Of a DNA stretch of 64,000 nucleotides, positions 29,785 through 39,693 are shown in pieces. Below the pieces are notes generated by a model, which did not search any database, was not told the origin of the DNA, and worked only from the letters and a program-made list of their open reading frames with translations. The stretch is from an uncultured Thermoleophilia bacterium (GTDB lineage Bacteria; Actinomycetota; Thermoleophilia; UBA2241). Position 1 is the stretch's first letter, and each line of letters begins with the position of its first letter. The position numbers and the translations under genes were made by a program. The stretch lies in NCBI GenBank assembly GCA_963702475.1, contig CAVPCT010000006.1, positions 160,001 to 224,000 on the forward strand, read 5' to 3'.

Positions 29785-29952
29785 GGCGGAGCCTCCGTGG
29801 TCGCGCGGATGGGGCCGGTCCCGGACCGTGTCGACCATCAGGGACGGGGACTTGACCGGCAGGCGACGGCGCGGACCCACCGGTTCTTGTATGCTGCCTC
29901 CGAGGACACCCGTGCTTCAGTGGCCGGGTGGGGCAACGCGAGGAGCAGGTCC

Positions 29953-31023
29953 GTGGCAGACCCCATCGCCAAGGTCGTCGACGTCAGCATCGTCACCGCC
30001 GAGGTGCGGGTCACGCTTGAGCGCCTGCGGGAGCTCGCGGACGAGGTCGCGGCGATGCTCTTCGACCCCGAAGCCGACGACGAGGCCGTCGATCGCGCCG
30101 GCAGCCTGCTGCTCGACATCGGACCCAGCGCGGTGGAGCCGCTCGTCAGGCGGCTGTGCTCCGACCCGCGGCGCGGCCGCGACGTGGCCGCCGCGGTGCT
30201 CTGCGAGATGGGCGAGCCGGCCGTCGAGGCGCTGCTCGGCTGTTTCACGCACGAGGACGCGGACGTGCGCGCCACCGCCGCGTTTCTGTTCACGGCGCTC
30301 CGTGACCCCGGCGGGCGCGCCGTGCGCCCGCTCATCGAGCTCCTCGACGATCCCGACGAGCTCGTGCGCCAGTCGGCCGCCTACGCGCTCGGGACGCAGG
30401 ACTCGCACAAGGCGGTGCCGCAGCTCATCGCGCTCGCCACGCGGCCGGTGCAGATGCCGCCGCACGACGCCGACGACGAGGCGTGGGCCGACGCCTATCC
30501 CTACGACACGTGCGCCGCAGTCGACGCGCTCGGCCAGCTCGGGGACCTGCGGGCGGTGCGTCCTCTGCTGTTCCTCATCGAATCGCAGGGCGCCGAAGGC
30601 CCCATCTACGAAGAAGCCGTGCGCGCCCTCGGCATCATCGGTGACCCGCGCGGCGCGCAGGCCGTCCGTCAGGCCTTCGAGGCCACCCGCACCGAAGCCG
30701 CGTTCGCCGACGTGCTCGCCGCCATGTTCGGCATCGCGTCTGTCGACGACCTCACCGACCTGGCGGAGAGCGAGGACCCCGTCACGCGCCGCTCCGTGTG
30801 TGAGGAGCTCATCCGGTTGGGGTCACCCCGCTCCGCGCCCACCGTGGCCGCTCTGCTCGTCGACCCCGACGATGAGGTCCGCATGGCAGCGCGCGAGGCG
30901 CTGGGCAGAACGGCCGCCGACGCCGTCGTCGAGGAGATCGTCGTCGGCCTCGAGGACCCGTCCGTGGACGTCCGCTCCATGGCCATCGACCTGCTGCCGG
31001 TGCTTCTCGCCTGGAGCGAGTAG
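29953..31023 (+). CDS. HEAT/PBS-lyase repeat protein
   Basis: Repeated VRxxAAxALG / AVxPLIxLLxD motifs; AGGAG RBS. Confidence 0.85.
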   Translation: MADPIAKVVDVSIVTAEVRVTLERLRELADEVAAMLFDPEADDEAVDRAGSLLLDIGPSAVEPLVRRLCSDPRRGRDVAAAVLCEMGEPAVEALLGCFTHEDADVRATAAFLFTALRDPGGRAVRPLIELLDDPDELVRQSAAYALGTQDSHKAVPQLIALATRPVQMPPHDADDEAWADAYPYDTCAAVDALGQLGDLRAVRPLLFLIESQGAEGPIYEEAVRALGIIGDPRGAQAVRQAFEATRTEAAFADVLAAMFGIASVDDLTDLAESEDPVTRRSVCEELIRLGSPRSAPTVAALLVDPDDEVRMAAREALGRTAADAVVEEIVVGLEDPSVDVRSMAIDLLPVLLAWSE

Positions 31024-31053
31024 GCCGCACGGCTCCGGCGCCCGCCGCCGATC

Positions 31054-33150
31054 TCAGGGCAGGTTCTCGATCGCTACCGGCTCAAGCGCGCCCGCCGGCG
31101 TGAAGCCGAACACCCGTCCGTAGAAGGACAGCTCGGCCTCCAGGCTGCGGGCGATGTTCTCCGCCCTGCGGAAGCCGTGCTGCTCGCCCTCGAAAGCGAT
31201 GTACGTGTACGGCAGTCCCTTGCGCGCGAGCGCTTCGACGATGATCTGCGCCTGCACCGGCGGCACGATGGCGTCCTCGAGTCCCTGGAACAGGATCACC
31301 GGGCACGAGATGCCGGCCACGTGATGGATGGGTGAGCGCTCGCGGAAGGTCTCGGCCTCCTTCGGGTACGGGCCGACGAGGCCCTCCAGGTACCGCGACT
31401 CGAACTTGTGCGTGCCGCCGGTCGCGAACGCCTCGAGGTCGGCGAGGCCGAAGTAGGAGGCGCCGGCGGCGAAGACCCTGTGGCGCGCGAGCGCGTTCAG
31501 GGTCGTGTAACCTCCGGCGCTCCCACCGCGTATGGCCAGGCGGCTGGAGTCGACGTCGCCGCGCGCCGCCAGGTACCTGGCGGCGTTGATGCAGTCCACG
31601 GTGTCGACGACGCCCCAGTTGCCGAGCAGCCGCCGGCGGTACGCGCGCCCGTAGCCGGTCGACCCTCCGTAGTCCACGTCGACGACGGCGATGCCGCGGG
31701 ACGTCCAGAACTGGATCGGCAGGGCGAGGGCAGAGGCGGTCGCCGAGGTGGGACCGCCGTGGCTGATCACGAGCAGGGGCGGCAGCTCGCCGGCCGGCGC
31801 GCGGAAGTCCTTGTTGGCGGGAGGGTAGAAGAGGGCGTGGGCCGTCAGCGGCCCGGCGGCGAGCTCCGCGGCGAGCGGGCCGCGGACCTCCTCCTCCTGA
31901 TACCCGGTGGGGAACTCGACCGGCTCGGGGACCGAGAGGTAGCCGGGATCCACAGCGAGCGACCTGCTGTCCCTGAGCTCGGTGAACGAGCCGTCGCGGG
32001 GGTCGATGAGCACCACAGCCATGCTGGCGGTCGGACTCCCGGCGGCGGCCGCGACCCGCGCGCCGCACGGCACGATGGACGCGAACGTGGTGAAGGGGGA
32101 CTGGATCACCCGCAGCCCCCGCGCGGTCAGCAGGCCGAGATGCTCGACGCCGTCCTTGCTGAAGAACGCGACGATGCCGCCATCCGGCAGGAAGCCGTAG
32201 TCCTGCAGGCCGAAGACCCAGGCGGGACCGGCGAACTCGGCGGCGACGGGCGCCAGCGGCTCCGCCGCCGAGAGGTCCGGCGCCATCCGGTAGAGGTTCC
32301 ACCAGCCGCTGCGGTCGCTGACGAAGTGCAGCCTGCCGTCTGGGCTCCAGGCGGGCTGCACCACGCTTTCGTCGGGGCCGCCGGCGACGAGCCGCTCCGC
32401 GGCGAGCCCACCGGCGGCCGTCACGTCTGCCACTCGGAGCTCCGTGCCGTCCCACGGCATGCGCGGGTGGTCCCAGCTGAGCCACGCCAGCTGCGAGCCG
32501 TCGGGGCTCAGCCGCGGCGCCGCGTAGAAGTCGTGCCCGCCGGCGATGATGCGCGGCTCCGCCGAGCCGTCCGCCGGCAGCATGACCAGCTCGTTGACCA
32601 CGCCGTCCGCCTCGTGCCGCTCGCGCACGCAGACGAGCGCGCGGCCGTCGGGGCTCGCGGTGGCGTCGGCGTAGCGCACGCTGCGCGGCGCGGGGGGTTC
32701 GGGCGTGATGGGCCGGGGCCGGCGCTCGCGCGCCCCGCCCGGCCCGCCGTCTGCCGGGCCGCCCGCTCCATCGCGGGCCGCGCCGCCCGGCAGGTCAATC
32801 CGGTACAGCCGCTGGTCCTCGAACTCGCTGTAGACCACGGTGACGCCGTCGTCCGGCTGCTCGAAGACGACGTAGGCGCCGCCCCCGTATTCGTGCACCA
32901 GGGTGCGCACGTTCGCGCCGGGTGGCGTGACGTCCTCGATGCTCTCGTCCGCGCTCCGCCGCACGAGCGCGCTGCGTCCGCCGTCCGCGGGGCGGAGCTC
33001 GAGCCAGAAGAGGTCGCCGCCGGCGCTCCGTACGGCGCCCAGCGTCACAGCCGACCGGGCGATGTCCTCGGCGGAGAGGGGCGACTCCCAGGAGCCGTAG
33101 GGGGCCACGGCGAGGCCGGTCGTCTCCTTCGGAGGTAGCGCGTCTGTCAT
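31054..33150 (-). CDS. S9 family peptidase (acylaminoacyl/dipeptidyl peptidase)
   Basis: APYGSW.SP, HEYGGG, HGGPT, GSTGYGR, GGSAGG, QG.ED, EGEQHGF. Confidence 0.93.
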   Translation of the reverse strand: MTDALPPKETTGLAVAPYGSWESPLSAEDIARSAVTLGAVRSAGGDLFWLELRPADGGRSALVRRSADESIEDVTPPGANVRTLVHEYGGGAYVVFEQPDDGVTVVYSEFEDQRLYRIDLPGGAARDGAGGPADGGPGGARERRPRPITPEPPAPRSVRYADATASPDGRALVCVRERHEADGVVNELVMLPADGSAEPRIIAGGHDFYAAPRLSPDGSQLAWLSWDHPRMPWDGTELRVADVTAAGGLAAERLVAGGPDESVVQPAWSPDGRLHFVSDRSGWWNLYRMAPDLSAAEPLAPVAAEFAGPAWVFGLQDYGFLPDGGIVAFFSKDGVEHLGLLTARGLRVIQSPFTTFASIVPCGARVAAAAGSPTASMAVVLIDPRDGSFTELRDSRSLAVDPGYLSVPEPVEFPTGYQEEEVRGPLAAELAAGPLTAHALFYPPANKDFRAPAGELPPLLVISHGGPTSATASALALPIQFWTSRGIAVVDVDYGGSTGYGRAYRRRLLGNWGVVDTVDCINAARYLAARGDVDSSRLAIRGGSAGGYTTLNALARHRVFAAGASYFGLADLEAFATGGTHKFESRYLEGLVGPYPKEAETFRERSPIHHVAGISCPVILFQGLEDAIVPPVQAQIIVEALARKGLPYTYIAFEGEQHGFRRAENIARSLEAELSFYGRVFGFTPAGALEPVAIENLP

Positions 33151-33244
33151 GAGTGCCTCCCGGCGTCCTGCGCCTGTGGCGCGGTCTGCAGGGAGGTATA
33201 CCCGAGCTTGACCGCGCCGCTACGGGAGCACAGACGGCCATCGC

Positions 33245-33284
33245 CCGGGGGCGGCCGGGCTCCGCGGAGCCCGGCCGCCCCCGG
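33245..33284. terminator. Perfect 40-bp palindrome downstream of the octaheme cytochrome gene
   Basis: ccgggggcggccgggctccg|cggagcccggccgcccccgg; no U-tract. Confidence 0.6.
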
Positions 33285-33297
33285 CGGGTCTGCTCCG

Positions 33298-34821
33298 CTA
33301 CTTCCTCGTCACCTTCACCGTCAGCGTCGTGGTTCGCAGCCCCGAGGAAAGGAGTGGCTGCGCCGCGTCGTTGACGACGTCGGAGTCCGAACACGTCAGG
33401 CGCACCTTGTACGTGCCCGGCTTGGCGTAGACGTGGGTGGCCTTGGCATCGCCGGGCGCCGCGGTGACGGTGCCCTCGCTGGAGCCGTCGCCGAACCACC
33501 AGGCGAACGTGTTGGGCGACGCGTTGCCCCACTTGAGCAGCTTGGAGGCGTCGAAGCGCACCTTCTTGCCGGCCACCAGGTTCTTCACCGTGAAGCCGGC
33601 GTCGTACGGCTTCTCGAGCCCGCGCAGCTTGGACTCCTCACCGGCGATCAGGTCGCGGTCCACGTTCACGCGGGCCCAACCGAACCAGTGGCTGTAGTCC
33701 GGGTTGATGTGGTAGGCGCCCTTGAACGTGTTCACGTGGTCGTACTTGTAGGTGTTGAAGAACAGCTGCTCGATGGCCGACGTACCACCGTAGAGCTGCT
33801 GGCCGCCGAGCACGAGGTTCGGCCCGAAGACCGGGTTCGGCGCGCGGACGAGTGGCATCGGGTCGAGCAGGTCGTCCCACCACAGGCCGCGGATCCTCAT
33901 GACAGGGTCCCAGAGCAGCGTGTCGACGTCCATCTTGATCTGGTCGGCGCCCTCGAGGTTCTTCTTCACGAACGAGCCCGCGTGGCAGTCACCGCAGATG
34001 ACGGACATCTTGGCGCGCTTGGCGTCGAAGTCGGCCTGGGTGATCACGCGCATCGGGACGGGCAGCGCCACGCCCGGCAGCCGCGCGCCCTGCGCGACGG
34101 TCCCGATGGTGAGGTTGGTGGAGACGTCGTGCACCAGCGGCTTGCCGGCGCCGTTCTCGGACTCGGGCATGTGACAGGTGACGCAGGTGGGCGCGCGGTC
34201 GGGGTTCCCGTTCACGCGGTTCTTCTCGGTCACGTAGACCACGCCGTGCTTGCTCTTGGTCCACATGTCGATCTGCTCGTGGTCGGGGCCCATGTGGCAG
34301 GTGCCGCAGGCCTCGGGCTCCCTCGCCTCTTCGGCCGAAAAGGTGTGGCGCGTGTGGCAGGAGTCGCACTTGCCCACGCTGCCGTCGGCGTACACGTAGC
34401 CGATGTTGTGGCAGCGCTCGCACATCTCGTACCGCTCGGCCTCGGGCATGACCCTGTAGCGCGCCGCTGCCGTCATGCGCGTCCAGCCTATGGCGTGCTT
34501 GTTGGTGTAGTTGCCGGCCGCGTCCTTGTGCGCGAACTCGGCGTACTCGCCGGGGTGGCAGCCGGTCTGCGCGCAGGTGCTCGCCGGCACCTTGCCCTCG
34601 TTGGTCAGGATGACGCTGTGGTCAGCGCCGTGGCAGGTCGCGCAGGTGACGCCCTGCTTGGACATGGCGCCGTCCTTGTACTGCGTGACGATGCCCGGCG
34701 TGAGCGACGTGTGGCAGTCGACGCACTCTTGTGGCGTGTAGGTGGCCGCCGCGGCTGCTCCTGCGAGCAGCAGCGCCAGCACCACGGCAGCGACAAGGCA
34801 CAGCACGGTTCTTCGGATCAT
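33298..34821 (-). CDS. Secreted HAO-family octaheme cytochrome c with C-terminal PKD domain
   Basis: Signal peptide; 7 CxxCH plus one CX4CH; CDSCHTRHTFS..EAREP..CGTCHMGPDH..SKHG HAO-family signature; WWFGDG..THVYAKPGTYKVRL PKD motif. Confidence 0.88.
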   Translation of the reverse strand: MIRRTVLCLVAAVVLALLLAGAAAAATYTPQECVDCHTSLTPGIVTQYKDGAMSKQGVTCATCHGADHSVILTNEGKVPASTCAQTGCHPGEYAEFAHKDAAGNYTNKHAIGWTRMTAAARYRVMPEAERYEMCERCHNIGYVYADGSVGKCDSCHTRHTFSAEEAREPEACGTCHMGPDHEQIDMWTKSKHGVVYVTEKNRVNGNPDRAPTCVTCHMPESENGAGKPLVHDVSTNLTIGTVAQGARLPGVALPVPMRVITQADFDAKRAKMSVICGDCHAGSFVKKNLEGADQIKMDVDTLLWDPVMRIRGLWWDDLLDPMPLVRAPNPVFGPNLVLGGQQLYGGTSAIEQLFFNTYKYDHVNTFKGAYHINPDYSHWFGWARVNVDRDLIAGEESKLRGLEKPYDAGFTVKNLVAGKKVRFDASKLLKWGNASPNTFAWWFGDGSSEGTVTAAPGDAKATHVYAKPGTYKVRLTCSDSDVVNDAAQPLLSSGLRTTTLTVKVTRK

Positions 34822-34956
34822 AGGCTCCCCCTCTCCCCTCTTGTGCGGATTCGCACAAGCTATCCCACAGGAAGGAGTCTGGTCCGGGCCTTGACTTCAG
34901 ACAAGTACATGCGCCGTTCATGGTCTCAAGCGCATGTCGGGGGCCGTACCCGGCCG

Positions 34957-37551
34957 TCAGCGCGCGGTGTGCTCCAGACGGAAGACGTGGTGCCGGTTCG
35001 CCGCCCGCGTGCAGTCGAAGGGCAGCGTGGCGCGCGAGAGGTCGGTGACCGTGAGCCCGGTGAGCTCGTCGCGCTGCAGGTGGAAGCCCCTGCGGTTGGT
35101 GGCGAAGAGCAGGACTCCGCCGGGGGCGAGCAGCCGCCGCGCCGTCATGCGCAGCAGGTCGGGGTGGTCGCGCTGCACGTCGAACGTGACCGTGCCCATG
35201 CGCTTGGAGTTGGAGAACGTGGGCGGGTCCAGCCAGATGAGGTCGTACCGGCCTTCGGCCGTGGCCAGCCAGCGCAGGCAGTCGGCCTGGACCAGGTGAT
35301 GCGGGGAGGCCGCGGCCTGCGCAGCAGCCTTGCCGCGGCCGGCGTCGGCTCCGGCGCTCAGTTCAAGGGACGCGCTGAACCCGTTGGCCTCGAGGTTGCG
35401 GCGCGCCCACTCGAGGTACGTCCCCGAGAGGTCCACCGTGGTGGACGCCTGGGAGCCTCCGGCCAGGGCGTCCACGGTCATCGTGCCGGTGTACGCGAAG
35501 AGGTTGAGAAAGCGGCGGCCGCCGGCGAGCGTACGCACGAGCCGCCGTGTGAGGCGCTGGTCGACGAACAGGCCCGTGTCCAGGTAGTCGCGCAGGTTCA
35601 CGAGGTAGGTGAGGTCGTCCTCCGTGACCGGGAGGAACTCGCCGCCGCGTTCGCGGCGCTCGTACTGCGCCGCCCCGCGCTGCCGGCGGCGCTGCTTGAG
35701 CACCACGCGTTCCGGCGGCGCCTCCAGCACCGCGCCGATCACGGCGAGGGCGTCGTCCAGCCGGCGCGCCGTCTTGGCGGGGTCGATCTCGGGCGGCGCT
35801 GCGTACTCGGCCACGTGCACCCAGTCGCCGTACACGTCCACGACGAAGTTGTACTCGGGCAGGTCGGCGTCGTAGAGCCGGTAGCAGGTGATGCTCTCGC
35901 GACGCAGCTGCTTGCCGAGCCGGCGCAGGTTCTTGTGCAGACGGTTGGCGAGCTGCTCGGCGCCACCGCCCAGCATGCCGGGGCGGCGGGCCGGCGCGGC
36001 AGGCTGCGGCGAGTCGGGGCCGGCGTCCTCCGGCGCCACTTGCCGGGCCCGGTCGGGCGAGCCGTAGGAAGCCGCAGCGGCCGGCTGGTCCGGCTCTGCC
36101 GTGAGGCTCGTCCCTGACGAGGACGCGTGCGCCGGAGCTTCGCCGGCGTCGGTCGCGCGCGGACGCTTCGACGAGCGCACGGCGGCGCGGGCGTTGCGCT
36201 CGTCGGCCGGACGCGCGCCTGTATGCCCGTCCGCCGGGGCCACGTCGCAGAACGAGAGCGTGGCCTCCAGCGGGCCGTTGCGGAGCGTCGTCTCGCGGAG
36301 CACGCGGAGGCCCGCCGCCGCAGCCTGGTGTCTGCTCCCGGTGAGCAGGGCGGCGCGCCAGCCGGGGAACTCCAGGCGCAGACGCTCGCCGAGCTCCGCC
36401 GCGAGGGCCTCGGCGTCTTCGCGGCGTCCGAGGCGCTCCCCGTAGGGCAGGTTGGCCGCGACGATGCCGCCGGCCGCGGGCGGCCGCAGCTCGCGCACGT
36501 CGCCGCGGCCGATCGCCACGACGTCCGCCAGGCCGGCCTTCTTGACGCAGGCGCGCGCCACGTCCACCGAGCGGGCGTCGCGGTCGCTGCCGGAGACCGT
36601 CTGGCCGGGCGCCGCCGCTGCGAGGCGGCCCAGCCCGGCCGCGCGGCGCTCGCGCGCTTCGCCGACGAGCTCGTCCCAGGCGGCAGCGTCGTGGCCGAGC
36701 CAGCGGGTGAAGCCGAATCCGGGTGGGGCCGCCGGCTGCTCCTCGCGTGGGTCGCCACGCCGCGGCCGGTCGTGACGGCCTCTGTGCGGTGGCGTGCCCG
36801 GCCGTCCGGACCCGTGCGGGGCCGCGGCCGGCGGACGCCGCGCCACGGGCGCTCCCTCGCCTTCGGCGCGGAGCAGGCCGGGCGCCACGTCGGCCGCGAT
36901 CATGGCCGCTTCGATGGGCAGCGTGCCCGACCCGCAGAGCGGATCCAGCAGGCTGCCCCCCGCGGCGGCCTCCTGCGGCCACGCCGCGTACAGCAGCATG
37001 GCGGCGGCCAGGTTCTCCTTGAGCGGCGCCTCGACCTGCATCCTGTCGGTGCGATAGCCGCGCCGGTGCAGGCTGTCTCCGCTCAGGTCGAGCGAGATCG
37101 TCACTCGGTCGCGCCCGAGGTGGCCGTTGACGCGCAGGTCGGGACTGTGTGGGTCGACGGACGGACGCACTCCGTCATGCCGGGCGCGGAACTGGTCGAC
37201 GATGGCGTCCTTGATGCGCACGGTCCCGTACCGGGTGTCGCGGATCGCGTCGCTGGTGCCGGTGAAGTCGACGACCAGGGTGCCGTGCGTGTCCAGGTGG
37301 GCGTCCCAGTCCACGCGCAAGGCGGTAGCGTACAGCTCGTCGCCGTCGGCCGCCGGACCCGTGACGAGCGGCAGCAGCACGCGTCCCGCGAGGCGGGACC
37401 ACAGGCACACGAGATAGGCGGTCCGCAACTCTCCCTCGAACGACACGCCGGCGCGGGCCTGGCGCGCGTGCTCGATGCCCAGGCCGCGCAGCTCGCCGGC
37501 CAGGAGCGACTCCATGCCGCGGGGTACAGTGACGAAGAAGGGGTGTCTCAC
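34957..37551 (-). CDS. rlmKL: Bifunctional 23S rRNA methyltransferase RlmKL
   Basis: LHRRGYR, APLKENLAAA, DPLCGSGT, NLPYGERL, YRLYDADLPEY, DYLDTGLF, LNLFAYTG, DPPTFSNSKRM. Confidence 0.95.
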   Translation of the reverse strand: MRHPFFVTVPRGMESLLAGELRGLGIEHARQARAGVSFEGELRTAYLVCLWSRLAGRVLLPLVTGPAADGDELYATALRVDWDAHLDTHGTLVVDFTGTSDAIRDTRYGTVRIKDAIVDQFRARHDGVRPSVDPHSPDLRVNGHLGRDRVTISLDLSGDSLHRRGYRTDRMQVEAPLKENLAAAMLLYAAWPQEAAAGGSLLDPLCGSGTLPIEAAMIAADVAPGLLRAEGEGAPVARRPPAAAPHGSGRPGTPPHRGRHDRPRRGDPREEQPAAPPGFGFTRWLGHDAAAWDELVGEARERRAAGLGRLAAAAPGQTVSGSDRDARSVDVARACVKKAGLADVVAIGRGDVRELRPPAAGGIVAANLPYGERLGRREDAEALAAELGERLRLEFPGWRAALLTGSRHQAAAAGLRVLRETTLRNGPLEATLSFCDVAPADGHTGARPADERNARAAVRSSKRPRATDAGEAPAHASSSGTSLTAEPDQPAAAASYGSPDRARQVAPEDAGPDSPQPAAPARRPGMLGGGAEQLANRLHKNLRRLGKQLRRESITCYRLYDADLPEYNFVVDVYGDWVHVAEYAAPPEIDPAKTARRLDDALAVIGAVLEAPPERVVLKQRRRQRGAAQYERRERGGEFLPVTEDDLTYLVNLRDYLDTGLFVDQRLTRRLVRTLAGGRRFLNLFAYTGTMTVDALAGGSQASTTVDLSGTYLEWARRNLEANGFSASLELSAGADAGRGKAAAQAAASPHHLVQADCLRWLATAEGRYDLIWLDPPTFSNSKRMGTVTFDVQRDHPDLLRMTARRLLAPGGVLLFATNRRGFHLQRDELTGLTVTDLSRATLPFDCTRAANRHHVFRLEHTAR

Positions 37552-37755
37552 CCCGCAAGGCTACCACGGTGCCGTGACGGCTCCCGCCGTCGAGCCTCAC
37601 GCGGCGCGCCTGCGGCCCCTGCCTTTCGTCGCGGGACGGCCGCCGCGGCGTAGCCGCAGGCATTCAAGGCAGCCCCCCGAATTGACGAAACAGAAGAACG
37701 GATGCAACGCTTGTCGGGGCTTCGTCGTGAGGCCCGACCATACGAGGGACCACCC

Positions 37756-39127
37756 ATGCTTCGTCCACTGCTCATCGGCATCGCCGCCGTCGCGTTCTCC
37801 CTCCCCGGCGCCTACAGCATCGCGACCGCAGCGCTCGCGACCCCACGCTGAGCCGGCTCCCGTCGAGCTGCAGACGTTCCAGGGCAACGCCGGCGGCATC
37901 CTCTCGGCCGTCGCCCCTACCACCGTCCCGGGCGCCCCTGTGACCACCGTGAGCGGCAACGACGACCGCTGGCACAACACCGCCGTCACGCTGCAGCTCA
38001 CCGTCGCCGACACGGGCGCCGGCGTCGCGTTCACCACGTACCAGGTCGGCAGCGGCGCGTGGGAGAAGGGGACGAGCATCAGGGTCGCAGCGCCGAAGGA
38101 CCACTCCAACGACGGCGCCATCAAGGTCAGCTTCTACTCGGTCGGCGCCGACGGCGCCGTCGAACCCGAGACGTCCGTGACGGTGAAGATCGACACCACG
38201 CCGCCGGCGTTCAAATGGGCCGGTGTGTCTCCGTCGGTCATCGAGGGAACGCGCCCCGTCACGTTCAGCTTCGTCGTCCGCGACCTCACCCCGACGGTCG
38301 CGATCGACTGGCGCGCGACGGACCAGTACGGCAGCTTCGCGGCGGCCAAGAAGGGCCTCGAGCGCGAAGTGGGCTCGCGCTCGATCGAGGTCGTGCCGCG
38401 GTACAGGAACGGCAGGGCCTTCGAGCCAGGCCTGTACAGGGTGAGCCTCACGCTCACCGACGAGGCCGGCAACACGACCACGACCAGCGAGAAGGCCTTC
38501 CGCGACTATCGCGCCGCACCCGCCAAGGTCTGGCGGCGCGTGAGCGGGGCCGGCAAGCGCATCGCCCTCACGTTCGACGACGGCGGCGCCGGTCCGTGGC
38601 AGTCCATACTGAACACCTTCAAGCGCTACGGGATGCACGGCACCTTCTTCCCGCTCGGCCCGTACGTGGCGGCGAGCCCGTCGCTGGCGCGTCGCACCCT
38701 GGCCGAGGGGCACGCCATCGGCTCGCACGGCTGGACGCACACCGACATGACCCGCCAGAGCTTCGCTCAGGTGGTCAGTGAGCTGAGGCGCAGCGAGGCG
38801 CCGTGGTGGAGCTCCGCCCAGGCGACCCCGGTGCAGTACTTCCGCCCGCCCTACGGCTCGTACAACGGCACGACGCTCGCCGCAGCCAGGTCGACAGGCT
38901 TCAGCCGCGTGATGCTCTGGGACGTGGACCCGCGCGACTGGTCGGGCCCTGGATCGGGCTCGATCGCCTCGCACGTGCTCTCGCACGTGCACTCGGGGGC
39001 GATCGTCTGCATGCACCTCACGCCGCAGACCGCCGCGGCGCTGCCCACGATCCTAGCCGGCCTCAAGGTGCGCGGCTATAAGGCCGTGTCGCTGCCTGAG
39101 CTGTTCCAGGCGGCCGGGTACCGCTGA
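37756..39127 (+). CDS. Secreted polysaccharide deacetylase (CE4) with N-terminal Ig-like domains (+1 frameshift near 37843)
   Basis: Signal peptide from ATG 37756 in the adjacent frame; DTTPP/DEAGN Ig-like motifs; LTFDDG, HGWTH, FRPPYG, WDVDPRDW, IVCMH. Confidence 0.85.
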
Positions 39128-39197
39128 TCCGGACCCGCTGCCCCGCCATGCCGAGCAGGCCTGCCCGGCCGCGGTGAACCCGGCGAGTCCGGCGACC

Positions 39198-39587
39198 ATG
39201 CGAGCTGACGTCTCCATGTGGGCAGCTGCCGCCGGCCTGGTCCTCGCTGTCGCGGCCGGCGTGTGGCTCGCCGTCGACCCGGGTCTCTACCAGGGTGTGT
39301 CAACGTCGGTCTCTTCCTCGGGGGTCGTGACGACCACGGCCGAGAGCGCCTCGCTGGTCGAGAAGAACGGCGTCTGGGTCGTCGGCCTGCTCTGCCTCCC
39401 TGTCGCGCTCGCCGGCTTCGGCCTGTACTGCGCCGTCCGCCGCCGCCGGGTGCTGCTGTGGGTGAGTGGCCTCCTGCTGATCGGCTTCGTCGTGGCCTCG
39501 GGGTTCGCCATCGGCCTGTGGTACGCGCCGGCGGCGCTGGCGCTGCTCGTCGCCTCGGGGCTGTGCCGGGGTCTGGGCCCGCCCTGA
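39198..39587 (+). CDS. Small 4-TM hypothetical membrane protein
   Basis: Four hydrophobic segments, coding-like codon usage. Confidence 0.65.
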   Translation: MRADVSMWAAAAGLVLAVAAGVWLAVDPGLYQGVSTSVSSSGVVTTTAESASLVEKNGVWVVGLLCLPVALAGFGLYCAVRRRRVLLWVSGLLLIGFVVASGFAIGLWYAPAALALLVASGLCRGLGPP

Positions 39588-39693
39588 GTCGCGAAGGCCG
39601 CGACCTCCTCTGGACTGCGTCGACCATCGACCCCCCCGCAGCCGGTGACGGCCTCGTTTGGACGCCCGACGATGGGGACAGCCGGAGGCGCCT

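Noticed and set aside
33298-34821. Nitrifier- or anammox-type oxidative HAO
   Set aside because: The C-terminal segment does not resemble the GGWTY cross-link motif, and there are no amo/cycAB/hzs neighbours.
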